Origin: Bigelowiella natans CCMP2755 | Taxonomy: Eukaryota; Protista; Cercozoa | DNA: 64,000 nt | Assembly (NCBI GenBank): GCA_000320545.1 | Contig: ADNK01000562.1 | Location: forward strand, 1 to 64,000 | Direction of reading: 5' to 3' | Shown: positions 15,129 through 29,556 of the stretch, piece after piece | Numbering within the stretch: position 1 is the first letter of the stretch | How the letters are laid out: each line of letters starts with the position of its first letter | Program-made: the position numbers and the translations under genes | The notes under the pieces: model-generated | Database searches by the model: none | What the model saw: the letters and a program-made list of their open reading frames with translations, nothing else | What the model was told of the DNA's origin: nothing

Positions 15129-16041
15129 CTACGGACACCACATGGTAAATGTAAGTAGCGTCAAATAGTGCTGGTCTCATATCATTACGGAGCCGATCGT
15201 CCCGTCTTCGATACGATTGCCTAGTTGACGAATACAATCAAAATTGCCCTGCCAAACAAAGTTTTAGGTCGGCTACATGGATCTATATATGTGTTGTAAA
15301 TAAGACCAGAATTCATGTATAAACAAGTTGCCGAAAAAGTCAACCAACAAATACCTATGATGCGTCGGACATTTGCTACAGCTAGATGGTGTGGTCATGC
15401 CAGCTACTCAAGTACTACTCTAGCTACTGCGTAGCTATGTTATTGAGCAATGATTTGACAGCTCTAGAGCTAACTAATAGGCAATGATAGCAAACCAACA
15501 AATAAGCTGCTAGCAACGCTAGAACGCATGCTGTGCGATGCATGTCTACGTACGCACCGGCTTGTGCAGCTAGCAGGCTTGCGATCACGAGCCAATATAC
15601 AATCAGTGAGCTCTAGAACTGCACAGCGGGCCCTTATATACAAGCACTGCAGCTGGTGCTTGCGTTCGCACTTCTACGCTAGACGACTATAGTAGACTTC
15701 GCCGTGATGATCAAGCGCTTGCGATGAATATATATATGAATATGATGCACACGCAACATACGTACATGCATGATGCATCATCTAGTGTACACAGTACATG
15801 CGAATACACTCACCATTTTTGTGCTGTTTTCATCTTGCGCCAACACACCATTGCATACACAAGCCAGCTGGTAATAACGCTGCCCTTTCTTGTACACACA
15901 TGCCATTTCCTGCCTGCATCGCATGCTGCATATGGTCAAAATGCACAGACATTCTGGTATAGATTGCGACACTGCTCTTATTTTTTGACAGACATGCCAA
16001 CAGGAATATTTGACTGCCACATTTATTCAAAATACAATTTT

Positions 16042-17491
16042 TTACAGAGTGTATCTTTTCGGATTAGCGTAGCTATGCCCACTTTTTATGGAGTCATCAT
16101 GGTAAGCATATTCCATTGTAAAACTCGGGATAGGCGTCACAGAATATGATATCGTTTCCTTTATCCTTTTCCTAGACACGCCAAGATAGCACAGAGGAAA
16201 ATGTCATTCCGTGCATTCATATGTGCAGGTGTGAAGCTGGACTTTTTGGCGTGAAAACTCTCTCTCATCAAGAAAGAACCTCAAGATGCATGCGATTTTG
16301 GCGTTCAAATTGTACGAGACTTACCCTAGTTTCATAATCACTTCAGATGATCCTTTGTTGCGGTTCCAGATTGCAATTCGGTCTCCCTGTCTACGGCGAG
16401 ACATAACTGCGCCACATATCTCGTCACCTTCATCAATGGTTTCCCCGGCGAGTCCGAGGACCTGGGCAATCCATTTTCGGGCATCATTAGATTGCTCATA
16501 AGAAAACAATGGAAGCTTGGTATCAAGTGCAAGAAAGAATCGTGATGCAGACTGAAAGTTTTCTCCAGAGCCAAAAGTGAAAGGAAGGGGGAATGAACTT
16601 GACGACGAAGGAAGCATACCAGATTCAGCCAATACGTATCCAAGTGGTGACGTCCACCTTTTATATGCACAACCCATTTCCCTCCATTAGCATTGGCTTT
16701 ATCCTCCCACATTGGCTTGATATTCTCCTTGAAAAGATGGTAGTTGGCACCATGCTCGACTTGCGTTGGCTTGGTCATATGATTGAGGAAGCCCCACATA
16801 CCCTCAACCGTGCAAAACCCGCCAATCCGCTTCAGATTCGACTCATAGCTCGCATTTCTTCCCTTAACCTTGGCCCTCCTATCAAACCAAAAGCACCAGG
16901 AATTCTCTAGTGGGCTTTCGCCCTCCGGTGGACGCATAGGGCTTTTCATGCTTGTGCTCGAAGTGTCCTGCAACAAAGAAATGGCGAGAGGAGGAGGATT
17001 AGAATAAGAGCACGAGATTATAATGGATTTGAAAAAGAGTGCGAGATTATCATTATTCCAGAGATCTGGATCAGAGTATGATTTTTTCCAAAATAAGACA
17101 CATATTTGCGTACTTTACTACCTTTGCATCGTTAGCCAACTCAACCTCATCGCTCTTTTTCTCCTTATCCGAGGCTGTCTCCTCTACCTTGCTACCGTCG
17201 CTCTATCAATTTAACAATGAGAAAGATGTGTATGAATTCAGGAGCAGATATTTGGGCATGTACTCCTGAGATCACCCATCCCCAATTTTAAGTTGAGGAA
17301 GGCTCACGGTGTTGGCGGTGCGAAAACTCCCAAACCTGTGTGGTCTGCGCTGCTGAAGCCTGCTGTCGAGACGAGCGCCATCCACTTATGTTTTTGATAC
17401 CTCCAATTGATCCCCTGGCTGTTGGACGAGAGCTGCCCCTCTGAGGAGCTAGGATGAGTGAAGGAGAAGGGGCGTCGGTCTGCTCCGCCAT
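16042..17491 (-). CDS. EIF4E: eukaryotic translation initiation factor 4E, 5 exons
   Basis: PLENSWCFWFD, FCTVEGMWG, YHLFKENIKPMWEDKANANGGKW, EICGAVMSRRRQGDRIAIW and terminal YHDDSIKSGHSYANPKRYTL*. Confidence 0.93.
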
Positions 17492-18292
17492 TTAATCTCT
17501 TCGTGTATTGAGGTTGCCTTACAGAGATCATGCAGAAATTTCTGAGATCTTTCAGAGATCAAGATGAAGAAATTTATCTCTTTTAGATGTTTCCTCGAAG
17601 ATATTTTAACTCAGGACCCCCATCGATCTTGCGTCTCTACGACGACAAGCTATTATTAATTATTCGTACGACAAAATCCACAGTATCTTTCTCGGCCTTA
17701 GTTCCGGATGAATTGTCACTCTAATCTTCTTCTTTAAGAGGCAAATGAGATTTAATTTATCCCTCAAATAACGTATTTATCCATAAAATTTATTGTCGAG
17801 GGGTGAAATAATGTCTTTTTCTTGATCATAATCCATCGTTTTTCCTTAATTGTATGTCTGGAAAAATCGCGTTATCCGGTCCAAGCGGCGCGTCAACGTC
17901 CTCGTTGCTTCAGTCACAACGGAAATAATTTCGCCTCAGGAAAATCCTTGCTCATCGATTTTTGAAATAAATATAGGTTACTTTATCATATTTCTGTGAT
18001 AAGTCGATAAAAAAAGTATAAATTGAACATTTCTTATTTTGATTTGTATCTTAGTATACTTCAGTCTTCAAACTAATCCAACCCGGTTCGACCGACACAC
18101 CCCCTTGCCCCGTCAGTCTGTGTGTTATTTCGGAGTTGGAAGCCGGGAAAGATTTGTGTTAGAATTCCAGCACATAGTTCGAATGTTCGTGTGAACTTGT
18201 GCAGGAATGGCGTTTCTCCTCTTCGTTGAAGGGCGCGGGAACTTAGGTCTGGTGTAATTTTGTTTACAGATACGCAGAGAGGATTTGAAAGA

Positions 18293-18760
18293 ATGGAAAG
18301 GTCTCGAAGATCCAATCGCAGCACGAAGGTTAACGGCAAGAGGAAGACCGCTTTCTACGATGACAAGAAGAAAAAGAGAAATGGACTGGTAACTTGCGCG
18401 ACTCTTTTCATTGGCTCAAAGTGTCCGATTTTCAGACTTTGTTATATCATTTGTAATTATTGAATCTGTTTATGTTATAGCTAATTGATTTGAATCGCTG
18501 GGAGATGTCCTCTCTGAAGCGTTACCGTGCGCATTTCAAGCTGGACACTCGACCCAACATTCCCAAGGGCGAGCTTATCGAAGTAGTTGCTCGGCACTAC
18601 TCCCAACTCCCAAAGATGCGAGACGCCGAAGTAATTTCTCAGTTTCTCTTCACAACTCGGAAGTATTTAGGTAATTCAATTTGATTACACTACACAAAAA
18701 TAATAATCTAATTTCTAATCCTAAAATGTAGAATCAAATAACGACGGACATGAAGATTAG
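18293..18760 (+). CDS. SAP30: SAP30-like Sin3/HDAC complex subunit (Sin3-binding domain), 3 exons
   Basis: IDLNRWEMSSLKRYRAHFKLDTRPNIPKGELIEVVARHY...EVISQFL matches the SAP30 C-terminal pattern (VDL..L....LRRYKRHFKL.TRP...K..L.E.V..HF). A basic KKKKR NLS-like segment lies upstream. Confidence 0.85.
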
Positions 18761-19518
18761 AAGGGGATTACGAAATTTGATAAGGAGAGAGTAGTCCTCG
18801 CTAGCTCGCGGTATCTATCAAGTGCATATAATCATCAGTGCTACGACCTTCATCGAAAACTTGGTGCCGAATTAGCTGCAGCGCGAGCATGTAAATATTT
18901 CAACAAGAAAATCAGACCAAATTGGTCGTGCAACATGCAGCTGCTGTGCTATTAAGACTAAAGCCCAAAGTATGATATGACGACTGTGTTAGCAGCTCCA
19001 CATCTAGACATATTCGACATACACATGGACCAGATGCGCCTCAATGTATCATTGATAATATTGCGTGCACACAATGTGATTTCTAGACATATGCATGTGT
19101 GTGTGTGCATCTCTAGATCTAGACACATGCAGACACTACGATGCATGTGTCTAGCAGGTACGTGTGTTTGTGTGTATACGCGTGCCTGCTCACACTACAC
19201 ATCTGTGGATCGACACATAGATGCATCTAGAGGTGCAATCGCGAAATGTGACTGTCATGCAATATGTGCCTAGACATCCAGCACATTGAGGCAGAGTACT
19301 AGTATCCACCCTTATTGCCTTACAGACACCGGATACGCATATATGTTACTTTGCCATGTGTGCACATATGCAAATGCATGTGACTCCATTCGTGTACCCA
19401 TCAGCACTGTCGTTATTATGCACACAAACAACTACCGCAAACGATTTCAAGCGCGTGGCTTCCTTATTTAGCTTACCTTAACGGGGATGCCTATTCTAGT
19501 ATTTCACTCAATCTGGAT

Positions 19519-21337
19519 CTAGCTTTCCTTGCTAGCTTGTAAATTATCGACTTTTTCACCAGGTTGTCCATTCTTGACTACCTCTTCAGTTTCATCGGTG
19601 TTATCATTCACGTTGCTTTCTGATTTCTTTTCATCTTCTTTTTGGCTGGCTTCAACATCATCTCGAGACAATCCTTGATTATGGTCATCTGCGGCCTTTT
19701 CTTTCCCGACGTCCTCGTGAATCCCATCTTCCGTTTCCTTTTCAGGTTTCTGGTCGACTGAAGTACCTTGCTCGTCGCTAGTTGTGACGTTTTCTTTTAT
19801 TTCAACGGTTTCACCGTTCAATTTGCCGTCTAGTCCCTTCTCCTCTGATTCCTTAAGTGCGCCAGTATCCTCCACTGTAACTTGGGTCGCTGGTATTTTC
19901 TTCGCCTTTATTGTCTTCTTGTGGGCCGCTAGAAGCGGTGTCAGCTTCCTTTTCCACCTTCGACTCAGAAGCATCCCCTCCCTCTTCCTCCTCCCCCCTT
20001 TCTTCCGCTTCCTCATAAACCGAACTCACGTCAGGTGGATGCGGAGGGCATGGATTTGAGAATTGAAGGAGTTCGCCGGAGGCATCTGAGTTCTCATCTG
20101 GTGCTCTGCCGCGGTAGATTTTCACGCACTCGGGAAGGCGGCGTAAAGCCTAGCAGCAAAACACGCGTTATCTCATACAAGGTACTGCTACTCAGTGTAG
20201 TGGGGGGGGGGGTCATGACCAAAAAATCTAATAAACTGGAAAATGTGACTTATATGCTATATACGACGTGGTGGTATTAATGGTGTATTAGCACCTCTGC
20301 TCCTCGTTTGGAGAGCGGCAGCACAATCACGCCTCTCCTCTCTTGCTCATCGAATATTTGGTTCCAGCTCCCGCTATGCACAGAGATCCCACCCTCAATA
20401 CACCACCCTCTAGTATCAGCAGCAACTTTCTTATCTTCAAGGAGTTTCTGATCTTCAAGCAGCTTCTTATCGTCAAGCAGATTCTTATCTTCAAGCAGCT
20501 TCTTATCCTCTAGCAGTAATTGAGAATCCTCCTCATCCGCAGCAGCATTATTAGTTGACGGCGTCAATGAAGAGTAAGAACCCTCAGACGACGATACGCT
20601 TCTTGGTCTCTCCTGTAAAGAAGGAAAACTCACTCTTGAACAGTATTCAGACGATTGATCAGATCCTCCGCTGTTGTTGCTGTAACCCTCGTCCTTAGAC
20701 TGCTCTGGATGGTATTTATCAGAACCCAGTGGTGGTGGTGATTTTAGCTGCTTCGATTTCAAAGTCGGTGGAAGGATGGAGGGGAACGGTAGCCTCCGCA
20801 GCGATTCCTTTATGTTGTTCCTCATCCCCCTTGCAGCAGCAGCAGCAGCAGCAGCAGCATAATATCGATGATTTCAAATTATCAGTACAGTTGCGTAATG
20901 TCCAGAATCTAGCACAGGGGAAAGCAACAAGCATGCAAGTTCCTACCGTGGTAAGGCGTAGGTAGTTAGTGTGCCATCTACGTTGCCAGTCATCTGCACC
21001 AGATATTGTGATGTGTGAGTGTTGTGGAGAAGGATCGACACGCGAGGAGAAGGAAATGAAGGCAGATGATGCACATTACTAGTTTAAATCTATCATACTC
21101 CCGGCTATTTCTACCCCCCCTCCTCTGTGATTCTAGATCGTTATAAAGGATTCTCACAATTGCGCCGCCTCCGTTAGACCCCATGCGTGCGAATTCAAAG
21201 GTGAGAAAAGGGTTGATAAGCGAGGAAGAGGAGTTCATGGTAGCTGCTTTGGCAGAGCCTTGAGATGAACACACTTGCACCAGATTCCCAACGTACTTCC
21301 CTGTCAATGCCTCCCAGAGGTGTATGGCTCGATACGG

Positions 21338-21369
<32 letters not shown>

Positions 21370-21479
21370 GCAAGGTGGTTGAGTCCTGCGTATGATGATC
21401 ACCATGGATACGGCTGGGTAGGATGACAGCAGTTTCTAGGAATAATAACCATCAAAACAAACAGTCGTAAAAAAAGAAC

Positions 21480-21523
<44 letters not shown>

Positions 21524-22703
21524 GAATAAGCAGAGTGGGGGAGGAGCTGGTGACAACGACTCAGGCCTATTAAATGTCTCCAAAGTTTATTATTCACGTA
21601 GATGATGCAGGTTTGATACTACTGTGTTTCGTTATCATGCTGCGATACGATACGATACGATACGATACGATACATTACACCTTTTTGACGCCTCCTTCTG
21701 CTGCTGCTGCTGCTAGTACTACTATGCTGCCTATGTGCCTCATCTTGCCATTTTCCTCCAACAACCCGAGAGGTAGCCTGGGCCACGTACAAACCCTTGA
21801 AGCACAACCGAATACAGACGAAAATCATACGTTATTATCCGGCGCGTCTTCACACGAGAGATGTGCTCAAATTAAAAAGCAATGCTGCCGTACCGATGGA
21901 TCTATTCTGAGCAGGGGCTTGCGATCATGATGATGATGATGATGACGACTATAAGCTGCGCCGGAAGCATTTCTGATCATAATGCGGGGGGGGGTCGCGT
22001 ACATGTTTGTCCAGTCACCCTAACACAAGATAGATAATAATGGGGTGGTGGTGAAAGAGAGCATGGATATTTATGATGCCTTTTTACCAACGTCCGGTCT
22101 CATTGTTACTACTACTGCTGCTGCTGCTACTACTACTACTACTAATAATAATAATCATCATTATCATTATCATCATTGTCATTGTCATCATCATCACCAC
22201 TACTACTACCGACCGTTTTCAAGTTCACTGCGAGCATCTGTGAGTCTTTAGTGGTGGTGGCCACAGCGAAATGACAGCCTGGATGGAGAGCCAGGGATAC
22301 TACTGCTGCTGCTGCTGCTGCTGATGATGATGATACCCCCGGCCTACCTCGCCGTCGAAGCCTCCACACAACCCTAGAGAATTCATTCACACAAAAACTA
22401 TTACGCTCTACTAAGATGAAGCAGAGAATACAAAATGACTTCACGAAGGCCAATAATACTGACGATAGATAGGGCGACAATGTGCACGGGAAATAATCAA
22501 ATGGTGATGCTCCGAACGCTGCCTTCGTTGGGGTTTCCTACTGCATAAATGGGGCGGTGGTGTTGTTTGCTTAACTTGATGTTTGGCGCTGCTGCGCTGT
22601 CTACGAGCTGCTTTCCCTCCAAAGAAGAGGCAGCAGGCACTTTCACCAAGCAAAGGTTTCCAACACTGTCAGTCATGATGACCTCGTAATGACGAGGAGA
22701 CCT

Positions 22704-22766
<63 letters not shown>

Positions 22767-23345
22767 CAGACAAGATGCATAAAGACAACGCTCTTTGTCT
22801 TCACGACCGTAAGGAGATGGGAAGGATCATGAGTACGTTTGGCGCTGCTGCTACTGTTGTCGCGACTGCTGCTGAAGGGCGGCGACGGCCATTTGCTGGT
22901 GTTTTAAACGCACTCAGCAAGCGAAACTTATGGCCTGACTCCGAGCACAAAATGGTATTCTGATAGATATATGAATAACAACAAGAAAAGATATCATCTT
23001 GAAGGGCAGCGTTGGAGCAACTAAACATGCAATGAGAAACGTAGAGGACACCGTTCCATCTTGCTGTCGAACCGCCACGAGTAGTAGCTGTGTATCAAGC
23101 TGCTGCTGCTTTCCATCACTCTTCAGTCTACTTCTGATGGAATCGCTGCCGTCGTCGCCGCTACTGCTGATCTGCTCGGAACAGCTCCTCCTCCTCCTCC
23201 TCCTCCTGCTGCTGCTGCTGCAAGAAGAGATGCTTACCACCGGCGACTCCCGCAGGTGTACAATCGAGAGCTAGTTTTATAATAACAACAGTGACGATAT
23301 TGCGCATAGATACGCAAAGGTAACAAGATGATGGTAGAGAGGGGG

Positions 23346-23388
<43 letters not shown>

Positions 23389-24112
23389 ATTGGACAACCA
23401 ATTTCATCAAATGGATCGAATTGGCAGCTGGTGTCGCCTTCAGGGACGAAGAAGAAGCACCATCATCATCATTATCATCATCATCATCAAGATCGATCCG
23501 CTGCTGGAAGACTCTGACAAGACCGTGCTGCAACATCGTTTATTCATTTCCACCACAGAAAAACTCGTCATGGCGCATCATCATCATCATCATCATCATC
23601 CACAATTTGTATCATCCTCATCACCGTCATCATACGAGTAATGCTGCTTCTTGTACATCACCAAACCATCACTAAACCCTTAGCCCCCCCCCCATTCAAC
23701 GGAGTCGTGTACTTTTTTACTGCTTCTAGTGACGTAGTACCTCATCTCCATGGAAGAAGATGATGACTCTCCTTCTTATGCCATTACTACCACTACCACC
23801 GCCACCTTCTAGTATAGCGTGGGAGGATGTGCTGTTGGCGTCGCATGAGGAGGGAGAGCAGTGGCTATGAGAATGACGACGACGACGTTGACTGAGCAGC
23901 TTTGAAAGCAGCAGCATGTCGTGGCAAAGGAAACCGCCTCCTTCTTGCATCGACCGCACCGCCTGATGTTTGCTATAGTCCCACAGCATTGCTTTTCCGG
24001 AGATGTCTATTGAAAGAACCTGATGCTGCTGCTTCTGCTGCTGACCATGATAAAGGTGGGAAACAAACGACAAACGTGAAGACTATGCAAGAATCAGAGG
24101 GAACAATAATGT

Positions 24113-24192
<80 letters not shown>

Positions 24193-24630
24193 AAGAGAGA
24201 GAGATTCGATGTGATGTCTAAGTGGCTCTCTATGTTTCACAAACGTGAATGAAGAAGCATATCACCATGCATATCTGCAGTACGATCATAGATCACCATC
24301 ATCTTCGTTACATGTTTAGCTCATTTCAGAATACAAATGATCGATTAGGAAGGCTTTGCGTAAATTCAGAAAAGGGTGTTTGTCAGTAGGCACACATTGT
24401 TACTATCTTGTGAAGATAAAGAAGGCGTTATGAGCACACAAACGGCACGGCCTGGAAATAGAGGAGAATCCAGACTGAGCGAACGGCGAATTGAGCCACG
24501 CTTGTCGTATGTACGTTATCAACAGATATATTACGGGGGGATGAAGAAGGAAAAAAGGAATGGGAAATCGCTTTGCTGTATTGCTTCTAATAATCTGTAA
24601 AAAAATGAGGTTGTAGCAGTAGTGGTAGTA

Positions 24631-24669
<39 letters not shown>

Positions 24670-24864
24670 CAATGGCCGTCCTTTGCGAAGATGGTTTTGA
24701 ATCCCTTTGCAGCAGCAGCAGCAGTATCTAAAGTCTGATCACTACGGCAATGCTGCAGCTGGTGGTGCTGGTGGTGGAGATGACGACTACTCTTGCGGTA
24801 CCCTCGTAGCTTTCCCTTCGCTCGAACGAATAGGTGTTTTCCCCTACAAGTACAGTAGAGCACC

Positions 24865-24901
<37 letters not shown>

Positions 24902-26706
24902 CGTGTTAGGAGCACGATAGATAAATAACATTAGGGAAGATGATAAACAACAATGACAAGAAGAAGAAGAAGAAGAAGAAGAAGAAGGACGAGATAAGAT
25001 TAGTTGAAGAAGTCGTTAAATGATGCTCGTAGACATGCAAGAAAAAGTGGATGGAAGTGGTAACAAGTGGTTGTCCTCTCATCGGCATGCCGTCCTACTG
25101 TCACAAGCGTTAGTGAATGGCGACCGAGACTGGATCCATGTGATGGCACTGCCTTCTCGCTGCTTGCTTTTTGGGAGTACGGTTCTTGCGGAAATCTTGG
25201 TAGAGGATGATGATGATGATGAGGATGATGATGATGATGATGATGGTACAAACAAAGCAGAAGAAGTGCTACCTCGGAATGCGGCTCGGCAGACAAAACT
25301 GCACGTATACCAACGCTAATTATTGAACCTGCATCGAATGAAGGAGGATGAGAAGGAAAGAAAGAAAGAAAGAATAAACGCAATGGCGATCTATCGTCAC
25401 TCTACAGAAGTAAATTGCAGATGTGTGTTAAGGCAGAAGATGAATGGAGATGATGTAAATATATATATCAGGCATTTCTACCGTCTTCCATCCCGAGAAG
25501 AATGCGACTACGGTCTATATCGACACAGCAACTCCGAGGAGGAGGAGGAGGAGGAGAGGATCCTGGAAGCTCAGTAGACTCATCGTCGTCGTCGTCGTCG
25601 TCGTCGTTATCGTCATCACACAGCTTGATGGTAATAGGCCCTCGTATCCTTCCTCGTTTCTTTCGGAGAACAACCCACATTCTCCCGTTCCTTGAAAATA
25701 CGATGCCAACGCCGATCCTTTCGAGGCTACTGCTAAATACCGTCTGGAAGCTCGACTCCCTCGAGGTTGTGAGTTGTGCACCCAAGCGAGATGTAACTTG
25801 CAGCGCCGTTGCTGCTTTCGTCGTCGTCGTCGTCGTCGTCAGTTGGCGATGAGATGAATGCTGCTGCCGGGCCCCCTTTTGTACCGAAGTAGTGGAGGAG
25901 GAGGAGGGGGGGGGGGAGGCTGTCTGCGGATGACGTCCCTCGAGCCATACAATTTCATGCGGCCGCACAAGCTGTTGTACCATGGAAAGAAGCAGAAGAA
26001 AGGGGAGGGAGAGAAGGAGACTAAGCAAGAGAATGTCTATACTGTTATGTAATACTGCCACATTTGAGCGAGAGATACCGCTACTTCAAAGCCCTTCGAT
26101 GTCACCCACAGAATCATACTGTCGTAACAGACAAAGAAGAAGAAAAAGAAGAGGCAAGAATGATAAAAACTTGATGAGATTCTCTTGATCTCCTCCTTCT
26201 CCTCCTATTACTTCGCTGCTGAAAGGGTGCTGCTGCTACGTAACACGTACCCGATGAAGGGTCCCGCGTTCACCTCATCAATCCTGGCATCGTTGGCGGT
26301 AGTAGCGCTTCTGATTCCATTGAGTGCGATTAATGGGTGACGAGGATCCTGAAGATCGTACACGGCCAATGTCCTGCCGTAGACATCTAAAACAATAATT
26401 TGAGAGCACCACCGAGTGGATGAGGACGAGGAGGGGAGGTGGGAGAAGGAAAGGAAGAGGAAGAGGAGTGCTTTTCCTTACCTGCCAACGCGAAAAAATC
26501 TCCGCAATGGCTGAAGAGAAGATTCTTCTGTATCGATGCACCCTGAAAAGGATGTGAATGCGAAGAAAGATGCTCCATCATCCTAGGAGTTCTACGTTGA
26601 CCCTTATTCTTCAAGAAAGTGAAGATATTCAGACGACTCGTCCCAAACGAGAACAGATATTGCCCCTGTATATGTGCAGAATTGTCGCCATAGCATAACG
26701 GATACA

Positions 26707-26761
<55 letters not shown>

Positions 26762-27490
26762 CAAATGATGCAGCATATTTGAAAAAAATGTCTTTACCGA
26801 AGCGTCGAACATCATCGCCACGACAGTATTATTTGGCCCTTCTTTTTATTCAGACAGAACCGATTATTATCTCTATACAGGGGATGAGAAAGGGTAAAGC
26901 AAGTAAACCTTTCAGTTTTGACTCATTGGAGCAGCTGAAGACTTGCTGTAGCTGCGAATAATGCCCAATCATGATAAGGAAATCAAATCAAGAATCAATG
27001 AGAATGAGCCGTACGTTTTCATTCCACCACCAGACGACTGCTCGAGGACCCTGTAGGAGATCCAACAAATGCGATTAGAGTTCAAGACAACCGATTTTTC
27101 CACAGAGTATTTGGCATTGGAGAACTAGACCCTCCTACCTGTCCGATGACCAAGCATGGTGCAGAAGGGTTGACATCTGTACTTTGCAGCGCTTCTAAGG
27201 CTTGCCGCTCTATATTCCGCTTCTTCCGTTGAGGAACATAAGCGTTCGGAACGCCTGCGACGGAGTACATCTGCACGGGGATTTGGTGGCGCTCATGATT
27301 TGACCTGTTTCAGCAAAGAATGAATTCTCCCATCTATTCACATCGAGCATCTGGTGAATGCAGCGCACCTCCTCCTGCTGTGGAGTCTTCGCCCGCTAGC
27401 CCTTTTACTTCCAGAAGCCCTCATGAGCTGCAAATTCCTCTTAAATACCGCCTCCTAGTCGTTCCTGTTCGCGAGGAAGGTCCCATTGGC
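19519..27490 (-). CDS. large multi-exon, low-complexity-rich protein with WD40-like repeats and an acidic C-terminal tail; boundaries approximate
   Basis: Minus-strand exons with WD-like strands (VLSIDISGKAMLWDY, VVSLALHPGCHFAVAT, AIHLWEALTGKYVGNL, VIMTDSVGNLCLVKV) separated by microsatellite-rich introns. Orthology not recognised. Confidence 0.5.
20428..20520 (-). repeat. 18-bp coding tandem repeat (LLEDKK-like x5)
   Basis: Translation LLEDKKLLEDKNLLDDKKLLEDQKLLEDKK in ORF 20277..20825. Confidence 0.85.
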
Positions 27491-27850
27491 AAAGCCCCCT
27501 CCCTCTCTTCTTCGTTCGGGTAATAAGCTGATGATCCTTTTGGTTAAGTTTGATAAGAAGTGGAACTCGATAAATCTATGCCTGCGACAACTAATTATTA
27601 TTTGTCGCACTACGTAAATACAAAGTATTTTGTTTGCTTAGGCCGCCAATATTTCCCCAGTAAGCCGAGAGGAACACTTCGGTCTATCTACGATGAATTC
27701 GGTACAGAATTCGGTCTAAAATGTCCCAGTTTCGTAGATAGGATATCCTCCGCTTGAATCCTGATCCAGGTCATCTCTGCCACTCGTGAACCACCGCTGC
27801 TACCCCCCCCCCACCGACTCATCAGTGTACATAAAGTAAGAGTGCGAGGG

Positions 27851-28933
27851 ATGACGACCTTTTCGCCGAGGTGGGCGTTAGCATCGCTCCTGATGGCGCT
27901 CCTTTGCACTGTCGCCGATGCTGTCGTTGCATCAAAGGCATTGTCACCGGCTCCTTTCTCCAGAGCGATATCGTCCCGTGTACGCAGAGACTCCCTTTCC
28001 AGCTGGAACGGCTTGCAACTACCATCGAATAGAGCTCCTAGCCGTGAAGCTAATCTTTACACAATCACCCCAACAAGGAAAACCCATACGTATGCAGATC
28101 CGAAGAAGGTGCCGAACATTCGCTAGTGTACTAAGACTTGTTATTAATGCTCCGATAATTTTTGTTTCAGGATAGTCCACAAGGGCTCCAGATTGACCCT
28201 GACGCGGTAAATATTACACTGACCTTCCTATGCTCTTCTGATCTATGATTATTGTGAAAGTATAGTGATTATAGCCATGCCCCACAGGTTGAATTTAAGG
28301 ATACGCTACAGTACAAGATCGGCAATGGGGCTATCGACGTTGCCTTAGTTGCACGTAAGTAGCGGGATGAATGAAACAACTTTCCTACTATCGAATGACA
28401 CGTGCTAATATTTAGCACACTGATCAACGTCTCATGGCATGGTGTTGATGAATATTATCAGTGTGCGTTTATAAAGCATTGCAGAGTGCACGAGCGGTTC
28501 CTGAAACGTGGTCAGGGTAATACTTCCTAGAAAGGATCACATTTCCACAAATATTTATTGAATATGTGCCCAAAATTCAAATGGCTCTGTGTGCACTTTT
28601 AAAACTGGCATAGTGGGTATGGTCATAAAGTTGAATGCTGATAGATGAATATTGTGAATCTACCTCGAAATACAATTAGGATGTATGCCCCAGGGAGATC
28701 CCTGTCAAAAGTCTACAAATACAGGGAACAATTTTTGGTATTTCCACATTCTTGCAGTTCAACTTTATTTTAAGCCTTAACATTTACCGTCGCCACCAAC
28801 ACCAGTCAACACCATTCAATAACAAATAACGACTACAAATAACACGTAGGAGGATCTTGGAGAAGAGACTATGCGACCAAAGGACGACGAATATCTTCCA
28901 CTGGCCAGAATATTGCGGGTCAAGAAAGAATAG
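27851..28933 (+). CDS. small putatively plastid-targeted protein of unknown function (bipartite leader), about 6 exons
   Basis: MTTFSPRWALASLLMALLCTVADA (signal peptide) followed by an S/R-rich transit-like segment. In-phase exons DSPQGLQIDPDA / VEFKDTLQYKIGNGAIDVALVA / LCVYKALQSARAVPETWSG / MYAPGRSLSKVYKYREQFL / EDLGEETMRPKDDEYLPLARILRVKKE*. Confidence 0.6.
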
Positions 28934-29556
28934 CAGACTAAAAGCAGCTTATCGTGCCTGCATGGCGATAGACTCAGTATAGATGAAAATAAAACGGCAC
29001 ATCACGTAATGTATGGCCTGAATAAATATTGCTTCCGACTAAATTTTGCTTTCGGCAACAAAGGATCTCGATCTTCCGTGATCTATGATTTTTCCAGCAG
29101 CATGTATCATAATAAGCCGCGAAGCAACATACATAGCATCGTCACTAGAATATTTAGCTTGGAAAACAATGCCTTGCTCTTAAGCTCATTGTCATATTCC
29201 CTTTTCTCTACGTACTCCTCATGATATATTGCTGCACGTTGCCAATGCAGCTGCGCTATTGCACATTATAATCATCATTCCCAAGCAACGATCAAATGCA
29301 TGCAGCCGTTATTATGTCTGTTGCATCATCATTTGTTATTGTACGTTTATATTAATGACAGCATCGTATCACAGCCTTGATCATCGAATCAGCTGCATCG
29401 CGCGCGTGCACCGCGTATGTTCATAACTCAGGCCGTAGGCATGAAATCTGCTAGATAATGTATTGTGTATTGTAGTGCCACTTTGATGTCTATAACCGAT
29501 AATACATGGCATAGAGTCACCAAAGATGTCATCGAGCATAAGAAAGAACTTATGGA

